Shown here: one piece after another, positions 54,051 to 58,619 of the stretch
How the letters are laid out: every line of letters begins with the position of its first letter
How positions within the stretch are numbered: position 1 is the first letter of the stretch
Origin: a virus
Lineage: Duplodnaviria; Caudoviricetes
Reading direction: 5' to 3' (one strand)
DNA length: 58,619 nt
IMG/VR virus record: IMGVR_UViG_3300030202_000422
Span: 1-58,619 of that record
Translations under genes and position numbers: made by a program
Notes under the pieces: generated by a model
What the model saw: only the letters and a program-made list of their open reading frames with translations
What the model was told of the DNA's origin: nothing
The model's database searches: none

Positions 54051-54182
54051 TTACTTTCTCCGACTTTTAGGCTTCACTTTCTTTATTGAAGCCATATGCT
54101 TTTTTAACACATCCGCTTGTTTTTTGTGAGTCTTAGAGGCTTTCTCTAAACCTTTAATAACTTTTTTAACTTTGCGAACCAT
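54051..54182 (-). CDS. 43-aa Lys-rich protein, not in the ORF track: MVRKVKKVIKGLEKASKTHKKQADVLKKHMASIKKVKPKSRRK
   Basis: TAA-ATG abutment at both ends; GAGG RBS. Confidence 0.7.
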   Translation of the reverse strand: MVRKVKKVIKGLEKASKTHKKQADVLKKHMASIKKVKPKSRRK

Positions 54183-55076
54183 TTAAGCTACCTCTTCCCA
54201 ATCAGGCGTTTGTGAGTCGCTAATCTCTGACCAACTCGGTGTTTGTGAATCACTTATACTACTCCAATTCGGTGTTTGTGCATCATCTATAAGCCCCCAA
54301 ACTAACGCGAACCCGATTTGTCCTGTACCGCTAACTCCAACGGGGGAGACATTTGTGTCTGGTTCGACTGCGACAACGCCCACTTGTGCAGAGCTTTCTG
54401 TACCCGTAACTGTAATATTTTGCCCAAGCGCAATGGAGACAGTACCAACTGCACTAGTCCCTGCCACGCCAGTAGGGGTAGTCGATGCAGCACCAGTAAC
54501 GGATACCGAACCGATTGAACCAGTAGCGTCAACGCCAGTAACAGAAGTGTTGGCCCCAGCAGTAGCAGTGACAGAACCCACACTATTAGTTGCTGAAACC
54601 CCTGTGGTAGTGACGTTAGCTGCACCCGTGACTGTAACGCTGCCAGCGGCTGAAGTGCCAGCAACACCAGTAGGACTAACATTCGCAGCGGCGGTAACAG
54701 AAACTGATCCCACAGATCCTGTTGCAGATACGCCGGAGACTGAGGTGGACGCTGCCGCGCTGACCGATACAGACCCGACAGCACTCGTACCCGCGACACC
54801 CGATGGCGTAACATTAGCTTCTGCCGTGACCGATACAGACCCAATAGACCCTGTTGCAGATACACCTGTAACCGATGTATTAGAGGCTCCTGTAACTGTA
54901 ACTGATCCGACCGCAGACGTTCCTGCCAAGCCTGTGACAGAGGCATTTGCATCTGCCGTGACCGTAACCGATCCGACTGAGCCAGTTGCAGATACACCTG
55001 TGACATCGACAAGATCAGGTTCGCCCCACGCATCTTCGCCCCAAGTGCCTCTGCCCCATCCAGTAATATCTGCCAC
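54183..55076 (-). CDS. Virion structural protein with ~22-aa Gly/Ser/Thr/Val repeats
   Basis: GWGRGTW N-terminus, repeats of TGVSATGSVGSVSVTA, SQTPxW C-terminal repeats. Confidence 0.75.
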   Translation of the reverse strand: MADITGWGRGTWGEDAWGEPDLVDVTGVSATGSVGSVTVTADANASVTGLAGTSAVGSVTVTGASNTSVTGVSATGSIGSVSVTAEANVTPSGVAGTSAVGSVSVSAAASTSVSGVSATGSVGSVSVTAAANVSPTGVAGTSAAGSVTVTGAANVTTTGVSATNSVGSVTATAGANTSVTGVDATGSIGSVSVTGAASTTPTGVAGTSAVGTVSIALGQNITVTGTESSAQVGVVAVEPDTNVSPVGVSGTGQIGFALVWGLIDDAQTPNWSSISDSQTPSWSEISDSQTPDWEEVA

Positions 55077-55085
55077 ATAGTATCT

Positions 55086-55514
55086 CTAGGCGATGCGGAT
55101 TATCGCGTTTGACGCATCCGCTGCTGGGAAAGTAATTGTAAAATCACCTGCCGTACTAGTTTTATCACCACCGAAAGCCAACGCACAAACTGCTTTGTTT
55201 GAGGCACTGCTATTGTAAATAAGTGCTCCATTAGCTGTGACTGATGCACTGGAGAATGTGAGATCTGAGAAGTCACACAATGCAGTTGTACCAGAGGTTG
55301 TTGGGGTTACTGAAGTAAGGTTTGAACCACCACTTGAATACCCTGTACCACTAACTTCGTTGGTTGTAGCAAAAGCAGTAGTGCTTGCGCCTAATGATGC
55401 ACTGCTTGTAAACAATGCAAGTTTAAATGTATTACCTGTAGTAGCAGTAAAGTTGTGAGTTCCAACAAGTATTTCCTGCTTAAACGAGGTACACATAGCT
55501 GTCGATATAGCCAT
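55086..55514 (-). CDS. Virion structural protein
   Basis: MCTSFKQE..FKLALFT..GALIYN..FGGDK family. Confidence 0.75.
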   Translation of the reverse strand: MAISTAMCTSFKQEILVGTHNFTATTGNTFKLALFTSSASLGASTTAFATTNEVSGTGYSSGGSNLTSVTPTTSGTTALCDFSDLTFSSASVTANGALIYNSSASNKAVCALAFGGDKTSTAGDFTITFPAADASNAIIRIA

Positions 55515-55804
55515 TATAATCTCCTTAAAATGTTAGCCATCTCTTGTTGGCCTTGTTTTTCTAATTCCGCAATAAGCGTGGTTCTGTCACTCTTAATTGC
55601 TTCCTTCATGTAGTAGGATATTTGTTGCAACACAGCTTCTTGGAAAGCCTCTGCCTGCTGTGCGATCAGGGGGTGGCAGTTACCACCAATACTAACAATC
55701 TTTTTCGTAGCTTGCTCTGCCCAAAAATCAGGGCTATGACCTATATTCTGCGTGGTGGCTACGTTTACCGTGCCGACTTCTACTTCTGATGTACTAGCTA
55801 ACAC
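55514..55804 (-). CDS. Hypothetical structural-module protein
   Basis: 96 aa, coupled. Confidence 0.7.
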   Translation of the reverse strand: MLASTSEVEVGTVNVATTQNIGHSPDFWAEQATKKIVSIGGNCHPLIAQQAEAFQEAVLQQISYYMKEAIKSDRTTLIAELEKQGQQEMANILRRL

Positions 55805-55805
55805 G

Positions 55806-56444
55806 TTATGTTACCGCCTGCTTATATTGGCCTTCTCTGTACGTATCACCACGTAGCTTACCGTCACCCATGTTTTTCAACAACGTAATAGACTGTAAAT
55901 ACATCTGTTGGTACATCTGAACCAAATCAGGCTCACCTTTCATAAACCGTATGGCTTCTACCAAAGAACCATTTAACAACGCGGAATCAAAGTTCTCGCC
56001 CAACCACGGAAGTGTGCTTGCTGTAACAATAGACTCAGGGTAGTAGCCGTAATGCAACTCAGCAGTTAGGTCTGCGCTAGGGGTGGGGCCAAGTATAAAC
56101 GTGCCATCATTAAAATTAGCGTAGTGTTTAGGCGTACCTGTGCTAGTCGGCGTGGGGTATGCTTCCCTAATAAAATTAACATCTTTATCAAGTAAGAAGT
56201 CATACGATCCATCAGAATTGACTATGGCTAGACTATACACATACAAAAAGTCAGACGGTACGGCTAGGTATTTGTTACCGCTGGTAACAGAACCAGTTAC
56301 GTTTTTACGAAGCGCAGGAAGCTGAACCGTGTTATATATGGTCTGCTCTGCCTGTTTTGTAAACAATGCAAGCTGGTCGCTTGTAAACGTAGTCTCACAA
56401 ATATCTTGTATATTTGCGGTCAGTTCTGAGTAGGTCATACTCAT
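55806..56444 (-). CDS. Head-tail adaptor/tail tubular A-like protein
   Basis: MTYSEL..QAEQ..KDVNFIREAYP..GPTP..LLNGSLVEA. Confidence 0.7.
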   Translation of the reverse strand: MSMTYSELTANIQDICETTFTSDQLALFTKQAEQTIYNTVQLPALRKNVTGSVTSGNKYLAVPSDFLYVYSLAIVNSDGSYDFLLDKDVNFIREAYPTPTSTGTPKHYANFNDGTFILGPTPSADLTAELHYGYYPESIVTASTLPWLGENFDSALLNGSLVEAIRFMKGEPDLVQMYQQMYLQSITLLKNMGDGKLRGDTYREGQYKQAVT

Positions 56445-56447
56445 AAA

Positions 56448-56585
56448 TTACGCCATCGGCCCTCTTGCCATCGTTCCTTTGGTAGCTGCACCCGTACCAC
56501 GAACTTTAATTCCAGTGGTTTTTACACCCTTCATATCTGTCTGGGGTGCGCCTTTTACAGGTTTTACCGTGCTTATATTTTTCAT
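56448..56585 (-). CDS. 45-aa basic protein, not in the ORF track, ending GIKVRGTGAATKGTMARGPMA
   Basis: AGGTG RBS; shares the KVRGxG motif with the basic-protein family. Confidence 0.7.
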   Translation of the reverse strand: MKNISTVKPVKGAPQTDMKGVKTTGIKVRGTGAATKGTMARGPMA

Positions 56586-56593
56586 AACATCAC

Positions 56594-56959
56594 CTAAGTT
56601 GTTGTTACCGTTACCGTACCTACTTCTCCAGTAGCCACTAAATCATTAGGAGTAAGGTCGAAAGGATCTCTACCTGCCCCAACTGGGTTAAATCCATATT
56701 GTATCTGGCGGCTACTGTTTACTCCAGCTTCACCCAAACTTCTATCTGGTCTTGGGTCACGTATAGCCTGTGGATCATTAATAGGAAACTCACCCAACTT
56801 CAACTGCGGGTGGTCGGGACTCCAACACTCAGGACAGGCTTTTAAGTTTGTATCTCGCCCTTTACGTATTAGATTTTTTAATTGACGTAACTTATAACGA
56901 AAACCACATATATCGCACATAGCGACTGCGATTTTCTTTGATGCAAACTGCCTAGACAT
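56594..56959 (-). CDS. Conserved Zn-ribbon (CDICG..CPECW) hypothetical protein
   Basis: 121 aa, DPQAIRDPRPD. Confidence 0.75.
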   Translation of the reverse strand: MSRQFASKKIAVAMCDICGFRYKLRQLKNLIRKGRDTNLKACPECWSPDHPQLKLGEFPINDPQAIRDPRPDRSLGEAGVNSSRQIQYGFNPVGAGRDPFDLTPNDLVATGEVGTVTVTTT

Positions 56960-57641
56960 AACTTATTTTAGGTACAAACCTAGCTGGAGTTTTTACCCGG
57001 TCCTCTTCAGAAGCTAATCTAAATTGTTCTTCATAGATTTCTTTAAGGAGAGGTATACGAGGTGCTAACTCTGGTTCTTTCATGGCTATGTAATAAGCAA
57101 GTCCTGCTACAAGACAAGGTAAAAATCTAAAGTTCATATCAGCAGTTTCTACTCCACTGCCAGCGTCTTGAACCCTTCGCATACGATAGTATTTAAATAT
57201 ATACGTATCGTTTTTATCTGGTACAGGCCACACATTGATTGTCGGATTGTCTCGTAGTCGCTCTATCCATACCTGTATCGGCCTACCCTGCGTTAGTTTA
57301 TTTGGTATAGACGCATAAGTACTGACACTAATACGGTTTATGGTTAAATCTTGCTGAGTAGTAGTGTTACCGCTATCAGTACGTATGACCTGTTCTAGTA
57401 AATCAATCGTGTCGGCGGGTAAATCATACTCTGATGTGCCTTTTACGAGCGTTACTGTGCCTTCATCAATAGTCCACAGATTAAGGCCACGATTCTGCCA
57501 CTCTATAGTCAACAGATTCATAGAACGTCTAGCAGTGCGTAGGTCGTACCCTGAACGCATTTCACGGCCCGCACGTTCCCACGCTTCTTCAGCGATCTCC
57601 GTGAAGTCCATATCAAATGCTGTTGTTCCAGATGTTGTCAT
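56952..57641 (-). CDS. Head-tail connector/virion structural protein
   Basis: 229 aa; GYDLRTARRSMNL..WPVPD..FRFLPCLVAGLAYY. Confidence 0.75.
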   Translation of the reverse strand: MTTSGTTAFDMDFTEIAEEAWERAGREMRSGYDLRTARRSMNLLTIEWQNRGLNLWTIDEGTVTLVKGTSEYDLPADTIDLLEQVIRTDSGNTTTQQDLTINRISVSTYASIPNKLTQGRPIQVWIERLRDNPTINVWPVPDKNDTYIFKYYRMRRVQDAGSGVETADMNFRFLPCLVAGLAYYIAMKEPELAPRIPLLKEIYEEQFRLASEEDRVKTPARFVPKISYV

Positions 57642-57976
57642 GGCCTATTACCTTGTACGTACAGCGTCTTCTTCCTACGCTTGTTCATTACTGCGCCACA
57701 GCCTTTGTGATTTGCGCGTATTGGGCCACCAGCTTTCGCTGTTTTAACCTTGGCTTTGGGAGTATTAGATACTACCTGCTGCCCTGTGGCACCTGCCTTT
57801 TTCTTCTTACGCGCTGTGGTAGCACGTTCAGACTGGCTCAGTGACTGTGCTTTAGCTTTAGGTAGGCAGCGATCTGGGTTCTTTTTGTCTTTCGACGTGC
57901 CGCATGGCCCTTTGATCTTGCCATCGGTGCCAATACGAACCCACTGCTGATCCCGCCACTGTTTAAGCTGCCCCAT
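57638..57976 (-). CDS. Small basic protein, allele of 470..811
   Basis: Near-identical protein sequence. Confidence 0.8.
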   Translation of the reverse strand: MGQLKQWRDQQWVRIGTDGKIKGPCGTSKDKKNPDRCLPKAKAQSLSQSERATTARKKKKAGATGQQVVSNTPKAKVKTAKAGGPIRANHKGCGAVMNKRRKKTLYVQGNRP

Positions 57977-58155
57977 TACTTACTCTTCTTCTTGCTGCCC
58001 TTAGCATAGTTAGGGTCTTTGCAATACTTAGAAGCCGCCATGTTCGCATAAGCAGACGGGTAGGTATCAAACGTACGCTTGGCCCACGCTTTGCCTTTCG
58101 GGCAGATCTTACCGCCCGACTTCACCTTACCGCCTGACTTATAATAACGTCTCAT
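57976..58155 (-). CDS. 59-aa basic protein, allele of 1095..1274
   Basis: MRRYYKSGGKVKSGGKICPKGK...; coupled at both ends. Confidence 0.85.
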   Translation of the reverse strand: MRRYYKSGGKVKSGGKICPKGKAWAKRTFDTYPSAYANMAASKYCKDPNYAKGSKKKSK

Positions 58156-58478
58156 CGCATCTTCGCTGGACGTACGCCCTTACGAGCTATGCCAGCGCCT
58201 CTTACTTTGCCACCCTTTTTGTAGCCCTTATACAGACTAGGGTTTTCTTTTATACGCTGTCGTTTTTTCTTCTGAGCAGCTTTTTTTCTTTTCTCTTCAG
58301 CTAGGCGTTTTTCTCGGTATGCAAGTATTTCTTCCATAGTTAGCCTGTCTTCTGACATACCGGGAATAAGACCTCTAACTCCTTCTTTCTCATATCCAGC
58401 ACCAAAAACATCTTTGCGAGCTTCGTTTAGTTCTCCAATAAAACTAAATGGCCCTTTGCTTTTTTTATCTTTAGCCAT
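58152..58478 (-). CDS. Basic protein ending YKKGGKVRGAGIARKGVRPAKMR
   Basis: AGGAG/AGGT RBS; absent from the left copy. Confidence 0.75.
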   Translation of the reverse strand: MAKDKKSKGPFSFIGELNEARKDVFGAGYEKEGVRGLIPGMSEDRLTMEEILAYREKRLAEEKRKKAAQKKKRQRIKENPSLYKGYKKGGKVRGAGIARKGVRPAKMR

Positions 58479-58487
58479 ACCTAACTC

Positions 58488-58619
58488 CTAACGCATCTTC
58501 GCTGGACGTACACCCTTACGAGCGATACCGGCACCGCGAACCTTCTGTGTAGTAGGCTTCTTACCGCCTTTAGCACCACCTTTTGAAGACATCTTAGACT
58601 TCATGCCACCTTTGGCGAA
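58488..58619 (-). CDS. 3' part of a basic protein, counterpart of 1271..1801
   Basis: FAKGGMKSKMSSKGGAKGGKKPTTQKVRGAGIARKGVRPAKMR*. Confidence 0.75.
   Translation of the reverse strand, partial: FAKGGMKSKMSSKGGAKGGKKPTTQKVRGAGIARKGVRPAKMR

Larger units (their letters stand above)
57474..58619. repeat. Right copy of a diverged terminal duplication, homologous to 1-~1400
   Basis: Same genes with many synonymous differences; lacks two genes and has one extra. Confidence 0.85.

Noticed and set aside
54355-55080. 241-aa plus-strand ORF
   Set aside because: Antisense shadow of the Gly/Ser/Thr/Val repeat gene
1-58619. tRNA genes or an alternative genetic code
   Set aside because: No cloverleaf with a T-loop consensus noticed in intergenic gaps; core genes are intact under the standard code and use all three stops

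Overview
Essentially one complete ~57.5 kb dsDNA tailed phage genome with podovirus-like architecture, probably marine with a Gram-negative host. It has two divergent arms around a repeat-rich control region at ~12.3-13.9 kb. The minus-strand late arm runs terS, terL, portal, GroES-like co-chaperonin, scaffold, capsid decoration and major capsid, then a cluster of small Lys/Arg-rich proteins. It continues around the contig end into adaptor/tail proteins, a repeat-rich tail fibre with an S74 chaperone, a 2OG-Fe(II) oxygenase, a lysis cassette and large ejection/internal proteins. The plus-strand early/replication arm carries a small membrane protein, a DUF3150-like/MoxR AAA+/VWA-metallopeptidase trio, VRR-NUC, PolA (Leu762 type), a PD-(D/E)XK exonuclease, an SNF2 helicase, an HTH protein, SSB and a primase-helicase. 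I saw no integrase, tRNA or CRISPR array. The two window ends (1-~1400 and 57474-58619) are diverged homologous copies of one locus with different gene content. Top observations: (1) a family of basic and ejection proteins sharing [F/Y/M/A]-x(2-3)-GG and RGxGxA/V motifs, a candidate capsid-targeting or processing signal; (2) a lambda-type G GGA AAG -1 frameshift site with a 3' hairpin in the lysis/membrane cassette; (3) five exact copies of GTTATAAC-CA-GTTATAAC plus a second repeated motif across the early region; (4) several structured intergenic RNA candidates and unannotated micro-ORFs. All family calls come from motif recognition, not database searches.
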